DNA from: an uncultured delta proteobacterium
GTDB lineage: Bacteria; Desulfobacterota; Binatia; UBA9968
Assembly: GCA_963771465.1 (NCBI GenBank)
Contig: CAVYTU010000014.1
Coordinates: 1,024,001 to 1,088,000, forward strand
Reading direction: 5' to 3'
DNA: 64,000 bases
Both the position numbers and the translations under genes were made by a program. Below the pieces are notes generated by a model. It made no database searches. It was not told where the DNA came from and saw only the letters and a program-made list of their open reading frames with translations. Below are positions 28,152-37,991 of this stretch, piece by piece; the stretch's first letter is position 1; every line of letters begins with the position of its first letter.

Positions 28152-28592
28152 ATGGCAATCAAAGAAATCACACCGCAAGAGGCAAATGCTACTCTCACTG
28201 CCGATTCGACCGTCGTTTACCTCGACGTGCGCACGGAGCGGGAGTTTGCCAATGGCCATCCGGCAGGCGCGGTCAACATTCCTATCGCCTTTCCCGATCC
28301 GGCGCGCGGCATGATGGCGAATCCGGATTTCGTCAGCGTCGTCGAGAAAAACTTTTCCAAAGACAAGAAAATTATCGTTGGTTGCCAGGCCGGTCCGCGA
28401 TCGACCGCCGCATCACGGATGCTTGAGCAGGCGGGTTTTCAAGACGTTTCCAACATGCTCGGCGGCTTCGGCGGCATGCGCGATCAGATGGGCACGGTGG
28501 TGGCGCCGGGATGGGCGGCTTCGGGGTTGCCGGTGAGTAGCGATAATGGCGAGGGCGTTAGCTACGCTTCGCTTTCAGCAAGGGCGCGCTGA
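28152..28592 (+). CDS. Rhodanese-like domain protein
   Basis: LDVRT..EF..GHP.GA.NIP, active-site loop CQAGPRS, GG. Confidence 0.9.
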   Translation: MAIKEITPQEANATLTADSTVVYLDVRTEREFANGHPAGAVNIPIAFPDPARGMMANPDFVSVVEKNFSKDKKIIVGCQAGPRSTAASRMLEQAGFQDVSNMLGGFGGMRDQMGTVVAPGWAASGLPVSSDNGEGVSYASLSARAR

Positions 28593-28639
28593 AAGCGAAT
28601 TTCAAATTCCAGATTTCAGATTCCAAAACTAGATTGCCG

Positions 28640-29314
28640 ATGAGTCCAGCGCTATATTTTAAGCAGCTCGAAATCGGTCCGATGCAAAACTATGTCTATC
28701 TGATCGGTTCGACCGAGACGCGCAAGGTCGCGGTGGTCGATGCGGCTTGGGAGATCGATACGATTCTCAAGATCGCGGCGCAGGACGAGATGGAAATCAC
28801 CCATGCGTTCGTCACCCACACTCATCCCGATCACGTCGGTGGCGCGTTCGGCGGCGTCGAGATTGCGGGTATCACAGAGCTGCTGGAAAAGTGCAAAGCC
28901 AAAGTGGTGGTGCATAAGGCGGAAGCCGAAGTGCTAAAGGGGTTGGCTTCCTCCGATATCATCAAAACCGACAATGGCGACAAGATCGACGTCGGCGGCG
29001 TGGAAATTCAACTCATGCACACGCCCGGCCACACGCCGGGCTCGCAGTGCTTTCTCGTCGACGGGCGGGTGGTTTCGGGCGACACGATGTTTATCGACGC
29101 CTGCGGCCGAGTGGATTTTCCCGGGGGTAATCCGGAGCAGATGTACTATAGTCTCACGCAAAAATTGATGGCGCTACCCGATGATACGATTCTTTTCCCC
29201 GGCCACAACTACGCGCCAGTCAAGCAGGCCACAATCGGCGAGCAGAAGAAGACTAATCCCTACTTAAAATTCTCGTCGTTGAAACAATTTCTAGCCGCAA
29301 TGGGCTATCGCTGA
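28640..29314 (+). CDS. MBL-fold metallo-hydrolase (glyoxalase II/persulfide dioxygenase-like)
   Basis: THTHPDH, TPGHTPGS, GDT.F...CGR.D.PGG, PGH.Y. Confidence 0.88.
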   Translation: MSPALYFKQLEIGPMQNYVYLIGSTETRKVAVVDAAWEIDTILKIAAQDEMEITHAFVTHTHPDHVGGAFGGVEIAGITELLEKCKAKVVVHKAEAEVLKGLASSDIIKTDNGDKIDVGGVEIQLMHTPGHTPGSQCFLVDGRVVSGDTMFIDACGRVDFPGGNPEQMYYSLTQKLMALPDDTILFPGHNYAPVKQATIGEQKKTNPYLKFSSLKQFLAAMGYR

Positions 29315-29331
29315 GCACATAACGCTCAGCG
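29309..29331. terminator. Hairpin at the MBL stop, between convergent genes
   Basis: CGCTGAGC-ACATAAC-GCTCAGCG perfect 8-bp stem. Confidence 0.5.
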
Positions 29332-29338
29332 AATTAAT

Positions 29339-29402
29339 ATTCCAAATTTCATAACTCTGAAATCCGGATTCATTTTGTAATTTGGAATCTGCAATTTTTA
29401 AT
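29339..29402. repeat. ATTCCAA/ATTTCA heptamer inverted array (related half-array at 28598-28627)
   Basis: ATTCCAAATT (29339-29348) and AATTTGGAAT (29379-29388); same unit type as AATTTCAAATTCCAGATTTCAGATTCCAAA upstream of the MBL gene. Confidence 0.6.
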
Positions 29403-29418
29403 ACCGAGCCCAGTGAGG

Positions 29419-30492
29419 CTACGGCTTGCCGACGTATTTATTCGTCCAGAGCACGCCCTCTTTATTCGACGGCGCTTGGGACATATCTTTGACGATGCCT
29501 GCGCCGGTGGCAAAATTTATCACCTTTTGCCATCCCGCGTCGCTCATGGTTCCCCAGGCTGGCATGGCGCCGGCGACCATGTTGTAAGAGAGCTCGAAGA
29601 CGTCGTCGGCTAATTTGTCCTTGGTGGACAGCCGATGGCTGCGCAGCGCCGCTTTCGCCTCTTCGGGTTTACTGCGGAACAGCGCGCCGCCGCGCGAGAT
29701 CGCGCGCGCCACCGCCATGGCGATCTTTGGGTTCGCTTCAACGTAGTCAGGGCGCACCATCAAAACCTCGTAGGGGTAATCGGTCAATTCCGGAATTTCT
29801 CCTTTTCCGAGTGGGATCAAGACGTAGCCCTTGCCGCTGGGTTCGGTGATTTCGGCGGAAGGAGGAGAGAGCGCGTAGGCGTCGATCACGTTGTTCATCA
29901 GCGAGGGGGGAAGTTCGGGCGCGCCGATGTAAACGAACTTGAGTACGGTACCACCCGCGCCGGCTTTTTTCACCAGAAATTTAAAAATCTGCTCTGAGGC
30001 CGCGCCCGGTCCGGTGGCGCCGATGGTGCCCAACTGTGTCAGCGCTTTCAGCCGCGCGCCGATTGGGCTTTCACGTGTCACCCCAAGCTTATCGACCAGC
30101 GCCTTGCGCAAGACGACGCTCAAGGTCATCGCGCGGTTGTGCGCTTGAATCGCTATCGCCGGCGCCCCTTCAAGGCGCGCCAGGATGAGTCCCTCTGAAG
30201 TGGACGCACAAAAATTGGTCGAGCGGCCGACCACTGCGTTCAAACAGACCGAGCCGCTGGGCGCGGGCGTGATTTTGACCCGCACGCCCTCCTGCTCGAA
30301 ATATTTCAACTGCTCGGCCACCCAGATCGCTGCAAAAGCGAAATTGGGCACGGCGGTGAGCATGGAGACCTCGGGGAGATCCTTTTGTTGGGCCCTGGTT
30401 TCGGATGTTCCCGCGAAAAGTAAAAAAACGGTCGAAGCGATAATTCCGATGGTGAATCCGGCTCGTTTTTGCATCGCAAAATCTCCCTTCAT
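29419..30492 (-). CDS. ABC transporter substrate-binding protein (NMT1/SsuA-like)
   Basis: Signal peptide, YFEQEG; operonic with the permease and ATPase. Real start may be 30474. Confidence 0.85.
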   Translation of the reverse strand: MKGDFAMQKRAGFTIGIIASTVFLLFAGTSETRAQQKDLPEVSMLTAVPNFAFAAIWVAEQLKYFEQEGVRVKITPAPSGSVCLNAVVGRSTNFCASTSEGLILARLEGAPAIAIQAHNRAMTLSVVLRKALVDKLGVTRESPIGARLKALTQLGTIGATGPGAASEQIFKFLVKKAGAGGTVLKFVYIGAPELPPSLMNNVIDAYALSPPSAEITEPSGKGYVLIPLGKGEIPELTDYPYEVLMVRPDYVEANPKIAMAVARAISRGGALFRSKPEEAKAALRSHRLSTKDKLADDVFELSYNMVAGAMPAWGTMSDAGWQKVINFATGAGIVKDMSQAPSNKEGVLWTNKYVGKP

Positions 30493-31329
30493 CTACGCTT
30501 GGATTTGAATATGTTCCGTTTGGGTCTGCCAGCGCAACGCTCTGCGCTCAATCATTTCCGCGATTCTATCTATGATAATGACCATGATCATCAGCACGAT
30601 GATGCCGACGAACACATCGGCGGTCTTGAATATTCCCGCCGACATTCGAATGAAATATCCAAGACCTTCGGTTGACGCAACAAATTCACCGACGATGGCG
30701 CCGATGACGGCGAATGGGATGCTGGTGCGAATTCCCGTGAAGACGTAGGGAGAAATAGCCGGAAAAATTACCTTGAACGTGAGCTTCCACCCTTTCACGC
30801 CCATCAGTCTCGCCAAGTCTACATACTCCTGGTCCATCTGGCGCATGCCCGTGTAGGTGTTAAAAAAATTGAGAAAGAATGTCAGGAGAAAAACCACGCC
30901 GACTTTGGACCACAGGCCGATGCCCAACCAAACGATGAAAAGCGGCGCCAGCGCTGTGCGCGGGATACCGTTGAGCGCAATAATGATCGGCTCGAAAATT
31001 TCCGCCAGCAGCTTGCTGCGTCCGAAGGCATAGCCAAGAGAGATACCGGCAATCGCCCCGACGGGAAAACCGATGGCGATCTCCACGAAAGTTACCCAGG
31101 TATGTTGCAATAGGTCGCCCGTCTGGAAACCGGCGATCAGTGAGGAAAAGATGCGACTCGGGCTGCTAATCAGAAAGGGCTCGATCCACGGTCCCGAAGC
31201 GATTTGCCAGAGCAGCAGAAAGCCGCCGATGATAGCGAAACGGACTACGATGACGCCCACCGCACGCTTCGAACGGCCGGCACTCCTGGAAGGCGTCCGT
31301 CGAGATTGCTCTTCGCTTAGGTCCGGCAT
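30493..31329 (-). CDS. ABC transporter permease (SsuC/TauC-like)
   Basis: P..ALAPL...W.G.G...K, EAA-like loop, GAIVGEF.....GLG. Confidence 0.9.
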   Translation of the reverse strand: MPDLSEEQSRRTPSRSAGRSKRAVGVIVVRFAIIGGFLLLWQIASGPWIEPFLISSPSRIFSSLIAGFQTGDLLQHTWVTFVEIAIGFPVGAIAGISLGYAFGRSKLLAEIFEPIIIALNGIPRTALAPLFIVWLGIGLWSKVGVVFLLTFFLNFFNTYTGMRQMDQEYVDLARLMGVKGWKLTFKVIFPAISPYVFTGIRTSIPFAVIGAIVGEFVASTEGLGYFIRMSAGIFKTADVFVGIIVLMIMVIIIDRIAEMIERRALRWQTQTEHIQIQA

Positions 31330-31341
31330 AAGGCTGGTTTC

Positions 31342-32169
31342 TTAACGCGCGCTGAGATTAAGCTCATGGCGAAAAATATTCCATAAGCGGCTGTAGGCTT
31401 CGTCGAAACCTTCTTGGCGGTGAATCTCAAAAATATTTCGCGGCCGGGCCATCGGCACCTGGATGATGTCTTTGATTTTTCCGGGGCGGTGAGTCATCAC
31501 GACCACCCGGTCGGCGAGCGCAACCGCTTCGACGAGATCGTGCGTGACGAAGACGATGGTCTGGCGCTTCTGCTCCCATATTTTTAAAAGCTCGTCCTGC
31601 AGCACCATGCGGGTCTGTGCGTCCAACGGACCGAATGGCTCATCCATCAAAATGACCGGCGGCTCGTAGGCTAATGCGCGGACAATGGAGGCGCGCTTGC
31701 TCATACCGCCCGACAATTGCGCCGGGTAATATTTTTCAAATCCGGCGAGGCCCGCCAGCTTGATGAATTGACTGACTTGCCGCTCTCGGTCTGCGCGCGA
31801 ATATCGTTTGGAATCGAGGCCGAAGCCGACGTTTTCTTCCACGGTGAGCCAGGGAAAGAGCTTGCTTTCCTGGGGCACGTACCCGACTCGAGTATTGAGG
31901 CCGCGCACCTCATCGCCTTGAAAGAGAATGCGACCGGCGGAAGGCGGCGAAAATCCGGCGATGAGCTTGAGCAGTGTCGATTTGCCGCAACCGCTGGGGC
32001 CGACGACAGTTACGAACTCGCCAGGGCGTACATCCAATTTAATGTCGGTGAGTGCGCTGAGGTTGGGTTGGCTAGGCGTGTGAAAAACCTTGGAAACGCC
32101 TTCGACCTGAATGACAAATTCAAGATCGTTCTGCGCCGGTTTCAAAATAGCCTGTGCGCCCTCGGTCAT
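31342..32169 (-). CDS. ABC transporter ATP-binding protein (SsuB/TauB-like)
   Basis: Walker A GPSGCGKS, LFPWLTV, signature LSGGM, Walker B ILMDEPF, VTHD. Confidence 0.95.
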   Translation of the reverse strand: MTEGAQAILKPAQNDLEFVIQVEGVSKVFHTPSQPNLSALTDIKLDVRPGEFVTVVGPSGCGKSTLLKLIAGFSPPSAGRILFQGDEVRGLNTRVGYVPQESKLFPWLTVEENVGFGLDSKRYSRADRERQVSQFIKLAGLAGFEKYYPAQLSGGMSKRASIVRALAYEPPVILMDEPFGPLDAQTRMVLQDELLKIWEQKRQTIVFVTHDLVEAVALADRVVVMTHRPGKIKDIIQVPMARPRNIFEIHRQEGFDEAYSRLWNIFRHELNLSAR

Positions 32170-32316
32170 CGAATGATCGCTCACGTTGGAGCGGACATTT
32201 ATCCACGTGAAGGCAGTACTGTCAACCAACGATGCTTTCATTTCGCGGCGCAATCTTGCTTTAGCGGTGATCCTTCAGCTAACGTGCGAATAGTTCAATT
32301 CACCAGGGAGGCAAGC

Positions 32317-32952
32317 GTGAAAATCATCAGTGAGTCGATTATCAATAGCAATACGGGCATGACGTTCGTCGTCAAGAAAGGGCAAATCATTCGTGTGGTC
32401 GGTCACTCGACCGCCGACTACACTGTGTTCAATCTGCGCAACGTCAAAGAGCGTTTCGATCAGGCGCGCACCAAAGTCGATCAGGGAAAAATTTACGTCT
32501 CGACGGGCGATGTGCTGATTTCCAAATACAACAACGTCATGCAGACAATCGTCAAAGACACCTACAAAGGCACCCATGATATGGAGAAAGGCATGTGCAG
32601 CACGTCCTTCTACAAAAAATGGGGCGATGAGATTTTCAAGATATACGGCGGCGTGTGGAAAAGATTGGGTAGAAAAAAAGTCGTCGCGCCCAAACACGGT
32701 TGCTGGGAAAATCTCGCCAACGCGCTAAAACCCTACGGAGTACCGAAAGAAGACGTGCCGAGCCCGCTTAATGTGTTTCAGACCATGGTGATCAACGCCA
32801 AGACCGGCAGCATGCGTTACTCGATGACCCGGCCGCGGCCGGAAGGCGACATGGTCGACTTCCGCTCGGAGATGGACTGCTTGGTCGCCATCAGCGCCTG
32901 CCCGGAAGGCGGGCGAGGAAGAGATTTGCGCGTGGTGATCTACAAAAACTAA
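32317..32952 (+). CDS. Urea carboxylase-associated family protein (DUF1989)
   Basis: V.KGQ.IRV, HD....C, HGC.ENL..AL, P.PLN.F, ISACP. GGGAGG RBS before GTG 32317; the longer ORF call overlaps the ATPase antisense. Confidence 0.82.
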   Translation: MKIISESIINSNTGMTFVVKKGQIIRVVGHSTADYTVFNLRNVKERFDQARTKVDQGKIYVSTGDVLISKYNNVMQTIVKDTYKGTHDMEKGMCSTSFYKKWGDEIFKIYGGVWKRLGRKKVVAPKHGCWENLANALKPYGVPKEDVPSPLNVFQTMVINAKTGSMRYSMTRPRPEGDMVDFRSEMDCLVAISACPEGGRGRDLRVVIYKN

Positions 32953-33249
32953 AAGCGTCAATAGGTGTTGCGGAAAACGAACCGGGCGCGGTTTGTAGCT
33001 GATAACTTTTGGCTCGATTATTTTTGATTGAGCGCGACAGTGTTTGAAACCGGGCAGTTGTGTATTGGGCCACCATGAATTGCACAGAGCGGGATTTTGT
33101 TTCAACAGGAATTGGACCGGCGAACTGAGTTCAAGACCCCAATGAAGTCGTTCGGCGTTGTACCAGATCAGCCAAGGAATCAATCGCCGATTAATTGATG
33201 CGCGGCGAGCTGGCGTTGAAATATCACTGACTCAGAAGGAGTCTACCCC

Positions 33250-33690
33250 ATGATGGAGCTCATCATAGTCTATTTGCTTTTTCGTCGGCGACGTCTTAGT
33301 CGTTTCGATTCGTCTGGCGCTGTTCGTCGTGGGCCCGCGCGGCAAGAGCTGTCAACGGCAAAACACTTAGGAGGGCGCTCCAAGGTCGCATTTTACTCCG
33401 CGTTGACGCTCAGCTGCTTCCTCGGAAGTGTTTATCTGTTCTATGGTCACGTCACGCCGTGCGGGATTCTGAAGCAGAAGTTTAAAACCGACGTCGCGCA
33501 TTTAACGTCCACCGTTGCCAATCCGTTCAGCGCCGTCGGTGTTGGGAGCAGCCTTGCGTTGGGGAACAATATGATCGACGGGATGTTTAACTCGTTGACT
33601 TTGTTTCAGTGCGTGAGTGGTCTGGCCAACTACGATGAGATCATCCAGGAAGCGTTGACTCCGAAGAAAGGCGAGCTGCTAGCCAAGTAA
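33250..33690 (+). CDS. Hypothetical membrane-anchored protein
   Basis: AAGGAG RBS, one TM segment, PC...C Cys pair; no recognisable family. Confidence 0.5.
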   Translation: MMELIIVYLLFRRRRLSRFDSSGAVRRGPARQELSTAKHLGGRSKVAFYSALTLSCFLGSVYLFYGHVTPCGILKQKFKTDVAHLTSTVANPFSAVGVGSSLALGNNMIDGMFNSLTLFQCVSGLANYDEIIQEALTPKKGELLAK

Positions 33691-33771
33691 TGAAACGCCT
33701 TTAGGGTTTGGCGATTCGATCCACCCCTAACGGGCTATCACCATCCGTTTCACATGGTTTTGAATCGGCGA

Positions 33772-33798
33772 GAACGATTGGAGCGGCTGGAACGATTG
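33772..33798. repeat. 9-mer tandem repeat
   Basis: GAACGATTG GAGCGGCTG GAACGATTG just past the stop of 33809-34831. Confidence 0.5.
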
Positions 33799-33808
33799 AG
33801 ATGAGTTT

Positions 33809-34831
33809 TTATTTATACAGCTTGTCGATGTAGCCGCTCGATTCGAGCTCTTTCAGAAAACTCACGTCGGTAAAATCGCTCGGCTTGGCTTGGCCGGCTT
33901 TGGGATTTTTCGCTTTTAGTTGGTCGAGAAAGAGCTGGATGCCGGGTTCGGTCGGATAGGGTACACGTCTGGTCAGCTTGACGACGATTTCATTGTAAGC
34001 TTCTTCGACGGACTTTTCGTCTTTGATCGCCAGATATTTTTGCAGAATCTTCTGCGCGCCCTTGGCATTGGTCAGATTGTAATGGCTGCCCTCGACGTAA
34101 GCTCTCAAGAAGCGGCGCACGGTGTCGGGCCTTTTTTTGATGTAGTCGCGCGTGACGGCGACGCCGTTTTGCTGCCATTCGACGTCAAGCTTGGTGAAAT
34201 CGAGGAGGGCGCGAAAGCCGAGCTCTTTGGCCTTGAGCGTTTCCGGTGCTTGCAACAAGGTCGCTTGCAGCGCGTTCCCCTGCATGGCGGCCAAGCGCGC
34301 AGGAATATTGCCGGCTTGCACGTAGGTGATTTCAGTCTCTTTGACGCCGAGCTTGTCAAAAACGGTGCTGGCCGCGGCGTGATCGGCGCTGCCGATGCGG
34401 CTCACGCCGAATTTCTTGCCTCTCAGGTCTTCCACTCGTTTGATTTCGTCGGTGACGAAAAGTACGTAGGGAAAGCGATTGGCTCCGCCCGCAACCAGCA
34501 CGGTGCCGGACCCTTGCAGGTTGCTGGTGACCACTGCGGAAGCTCCGGCGTGGACGATGGGTGTTTCTCCCGAGACCAGGGCAGCGATCGCCAGCGGCGC
34601 GCCGACGAGCAGCACCAAGTCGACATCGAGTCCGTGCTTGGCGAACAGACCCAAATCTTTGGCGGTCCAGACGGTCGCCTGGGTCGGCGCGATCACCGTA
34701 TACGCGACGCGCAGTTTCTCCATCGGGGTTTGCGCGGCGGCGAAAGAATGCGTCAGCGATAACCCGAGTATTCCTAACAACGAGATCAAAGGTCGAAAAA
34801 ACCGAATCTCCATCGTCATTCTCCGTGACAT
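33809..34831 (-). CDS. ABC transporter substrate-binding protein (NMT1/SsuA-like)
   Basis: Signal peptide, GLFAKHGLDV.L, DLRGKKFGVSR.GS, D.SFL.EL..SG.ID.LY. Start is probably 34813. Confidence 0.88.
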   Translation of the reverse strand: MSRRMTMEIRFFRPLISLLGILGLSLTHSFAAAQTPMEKLRVAYTVIAPTQATVWTAKDLGLFAKHGLDVDLVLLVGAPLAIAALVSGETPIVHAGASAVVTSNLQGSGTVLVAGGANRFPYVLFVTDEIKRVEDLRGKKFGVSRIGSADHAAASTVFDKLGVKETEITYVQAGNIPARLAAMQGNALQATLLQAPETLKAKELGFRALLDFTKLDVEWQQNGVAVTRDYIKKRPDTVRRFLRAYVEGSHYNLTNAKGAQKILQKYLAIKDEKSVEEAYNEIVVKLTRRVPYPTEPGIQLFLDQLKAKNPKAGQAKPSDFTDVSFLKELESSGYIDKLYK

Positions 34832-34860
34832 ACTCCGGCGCGTGATTGCGGCTTTGCGCT

Positions 34861-36297
34861 TTACTGTTTTCCCGTGATCGCCTTGTCGTCTTGGCCCGGT
34901 TCGTAAGGTCGAGTATCACGGGAGAGGTCGATTCGATTTAACACGGCGTCGGGCGCCTGGGCTTCCTTGGGGAAATCGTAGGGTGGCAATGGTTTCGTCG
35001 CATCGAAAATTAGTTTCGTCTCCATCGGGCCGCGCTCCAAGCGGTTGTAGCCATACGCTGTCGGATTTAAATGCGAGCCGATGATGTTCGGAATAATCAC
35101 CAAGTCGCGGTCGGCTTGAAAGCGCATCGCCAACGCCCAGAGCACCTGGGTTTCGTTGAACACGTCGACATCATCGTCGACGACGATGACATGCTTGATA
35201 TTAGGATCGGTCACTAAAGCGCCGAGCGCCGCCTGCTTGGGCTCGCCCTCGGCGCGCTTCTTGAGTGAAATGTAGCAGTGTGAGCGCGCGGCGCCGGAGA
35301 TCGGCATGTTGACGCCGGTGGTGCTCGGCACGACTTCTTGGATGCGCTTCAGCAAGCTGCCCAATCTCGGCGCCGCGCCGATGATGTTGTGTTCGAAGTG
35401 GGCGCTGTGGATGCTCTGATAGATTGGATTCTTGCGCATGGTGATGGCGGTCACTTCGATGTAGGGTTGCTCGCCTTCCTTATAGTAGTAGTGCGGCCAC
35501 TCGCCGAACGGTCCTTCGTAGTGACGCTTTTTCGGCGGCACGACCCCTTCGATGATAATCTCGCAGCGTGCCGGCACCATTAAATTGACCGTCTCCGCTT
35601 TGACGACTTCGAGGGGCTCGCCGAGAAAGGCGCCGGCGATCTCCAACTCCGAGCCGACACCGGCTTGTTTGCTGACCGCGGCCATATTCAACGCGGGATG
35701 ATGGCCGATGCAGAGCGCGACTTCCATCGCTTCGTTGTGATCTTCGTATTCCGCGCGCACGTAATTGCCATGATTGGCCGGGTTGATCATCAAGCCGAGT
35801 TGTCTCTTGCCCTGTTTCTGATTGCGATAGATGCCGACGTTGACCGCGCCGGTGCCGCGCTCTTTGCAAATCAGCGCGGCGGCGTTGACATAGGCGCCGG
35901 CGTCGCCTTCGTTGTGCGTGAGCACGGGCAGGAGATCGAGGTCGGCTTGCTCGCCTTTCAAAATCAATTCTTTACACGGCGCGTCCTTGGCGGCGATTTC
36001 TTTCACCGGCAATGGATAATGCTCACGGTGCGCTAAGTCCTTGACCATCTGCGGCACCGAAGGCGAACCTAGCGACAGCGCGAGGCGTTCGTAGGTGGCG
36101 CCGAGATTGATTACGAGCGGAATCTTCGAGCCTTTGATACTCTTGAAAAACACCAAGGGAAATTTATTTTCCCGTTCGAACTTCTCGACGATGGCGCTGG
36201 CTTCGTAGACCGGATCGACTTCCTTGTCGACCACGACCACGTCCTTGGGACGCTTCTCCAACAATTCATCCAAATAAGTGCGCAGATCTTTCGCCAT
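34861..36297 (-). CDS. UbiD family (prFMN-dependent) decarboxylase
   Basis: DLR.Y...L, G.YR, EIIIEG, EGPFGE, VVDDDVD, WA...RFQ...D, DAT.P. Confidence 0.92.
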   Translation of the reverse strand: MAKDLRTYLDELLEKRPKDVVVVDKEVDPVYEASAIVEKFERENKFPLVFFKSIKGSKIPLVINLGATYERLALSLGSPSVPQMVKDLAHREHYPLPVKEIAAKDAPCKELILKGEQADLDLLPVLTHNEGDAGAYVNAAALICKERGTGAVNVGIYRNQKQGKRQLGLMINPANHGNYVRAEYEDHNEAMEVALCIGHHPALNMAAVSKQAGVGSELEIAGAFLGEPLEVVKAETVNLMVPARCEIIIEGVVPPKKRHYEGPFGEWPHYYYKEGEQPYIEVTAITMRKNPIYQSIHSAHFEHNIIGAAPRLGSLLKRIQEVVPSTTGVNMPISGAARSHCYISLKKRAEGEPKQAALGALVTDPNIKHVIVVDDDVDVFNETQVLWALAMRFQADRDLVIIPNIIGSHLNPTAYGYNRLERGPMETKLIFDATKPLPPYDFPKEAQAPDAVLNRIDLSRDTRPYEPGQDDKAITGKQ

Positions 36298-36635
36298 GGG
36301 AAAAACCTCAGCCTGCTAGAGTAAAAAGGTTAAACACTTACCATTCTCAGATACGCGCGATGTCTATGCTATGCTCGCAAACTCCCGCGCAAGTCAAGCT
36401 GGTTTGCTATGTCAGAAAATGGCTGAAGTAGCTGCCATATCCTTGGCCGTCCTGCCCGGGAACCCGGGTATGACAACTCAGGTTGAATTGACGACGCGAT
36501 GGTTGATAGAAAAGAAAGCAGATACTTCGCAACGCTCAGAATGACATAGGTAGGGTGCTCGCCATTAGGCCATCCTCTTGAACGCAGTGAAGCATCTTGT
36601 CCGAAAATCGGCTCACTCACAGTTAGGACAAATTC

Positions 36636-37982
36636 ATGTTTGACGATCTACGAGGTTTTCTCGCCCATTTGGAAGACTTGGGCCAATTGAAAACGGTCAA
36701 GGACGCAGTGAGCGTCAAGTACGAAATCGCCGCGGGCATGCGCAAGACTTCCGATATCGGCGGGCCGGCGCTGCTGTTCGAGAATGTGAAAGATTATTCC
36801 GGCTGGCGCGTGCTCGGTGGATTGTTCGCAACGCGAAAACTAGTCGCACTCGGCCTCGGCGTGCCCCAAGACGAGATGCTCGAGCGCTATCTGACCTTGG
36901 AAGATAAGCGCATCCCGCCCGAGATCGTCACCACCGGGCCGTGCAAAGAAATCAAATGGACCGGCGATCAGATCGATCTGACCAAACTACCGATCGTCAC
37001 CCATGCGAGCAAGGATTGCGGTCCCTACGTTACGATTGGCGTGCAGGTCGGCAAGGATCCCGACACCGGGATTCGCAATCTCTCGGTGCACCGCATGCTC
37101 GTGCTGGGCAAGGATAAGCTTTCGCTGTGGGCGCCGGCGGATCATCATCTCGGCCGGATGATCTTGAAGGCTGAAGAACAAAATAAAGGTTTGGAAGTCG
37201 CCACCGCCGTCGGCGTCGACCCGGCCATCGTCGTCGGCTCGCAAGCGCGGGTGCCTTACGGCATCGACGAATTTCACGTCGCCGGTGGATTGCGCGGCGC
37301 GGCGGTGAAGCTGGTCAAATGCGAATCCATCGATGTCGAAGTGCCGGCGCTGGCCGAAGTGATTATCGAAGGCGTGACGATACCCGGCGAGCGCGTCGCC
37401 GACGGACCCTACGGTGAATATCCCGGCTGCTACAGCGAAGCCAAACAAGCGCCGGTGCTGAAAGTCACCGCGATCACGATGCGGAAAAATCCTATCTGGC
37501 AGACGGCACTGACCGGCATGCCCGTCACGGAGAACCACACGTTGATCGAATACGGCAACGCCGCGGTGGTGTATCGCGAAGTAAAAAAGATCGTGCCGGA
37601 AGTACGCGGAGTCAATATGACGCCGGGCGGAACCTTTCGCCATCACGTGATCGTTTCGATCAAGAAGCGCGCCGAGAACGAAGGCCGCAACGTGATCCTC
37701 GCATTGCTCTCGATGGGTATCGGCCTCAAGCAAGTGATCGTCGTCGACGACGACATCGATCCGTTCGATCCGATGCAGGTCGACTGGGCGATGGCGACGC
37801 GCTTTCAGGCGGATAAAGACGCGATCATCATCCCGCGCATCGCCTGCTCGACCCTCGATCCATCTTGTCCGGAGGCGCGCGTGACCGCGGGACTGGGGAT
37901 CGACGCAACGGCGCCGATGAAAGAGCACTGGCGTTTCGAAAAAGTAGAAATCCCCGGCGTCGAAAAGGTGAAATATATTTAG
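36636..37982 (+). CDS. UbiD family decarboxylase
   Basis: DLRGFL, GPALLFENV, N.S.HR, EVIIEG, DGPYGE, VVDDDID, WAMATRFQ, GIDAT.P. Confidence 0.92.
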   Translation: MFDDLRGFLAHLEDLGQLKTVKDAVSVKYEIAAGMRKTSDIGGPALLFENVKDYSGWRVLGGLFATRKLVALGLGVPQDEMLERYLTLEDKRIPPEIVTTGPCKEIKWTGDQIDLTKLPIVTHASKDCGPYVTIGVQVGKDPDTGIRNLSVHRMLVLGKDKLSLWAPADHHLGRMILKAEEQNKGLEVATAVGVDPAIVVGSQARVPYGIDEFHVAGGLRGAAVKLVKCESIDVEVPALAEVIIEGVTIPGERVADGPYGEYPGCYSEAKQAPVLKVTAITMRKNPIWQTALTGMPVTENHTLIEYGNAAVVYREVKKIVPEVRGVNMTPGGTFRHHVIVSIKKRAENEGRNVILALLSMGIGLKQVIVVDDDIDPFDPMQVDWAMATRFQADKDAIIIPRIACSTLDPSCPEARVTAGLGIDATAPMKEHWRFEKVEIPGVEKVKYI

Positions 37983-37991
37983 AAAGTGGGA

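Noticed and set aside
31717-32316. N-terminal 200 aa of the 411-aa ORF
   Set aside because: Antisense shadow of the ABC ATPase; the RBS and DUF1989 similarity start at 32317.
32170-32316. Guanidine (ykkC/mini-ykkC) riboswitch expected near DUF1989 and the ABC importer
   Set aside because: No conserved ykkC 3' motif or paired ACG(A/G) hairpins are visible.
33700-33735. tRNA-like fragment (TTCGATCC)
   Set aside because: No cloverleaf, acceptor stem or CCA end.
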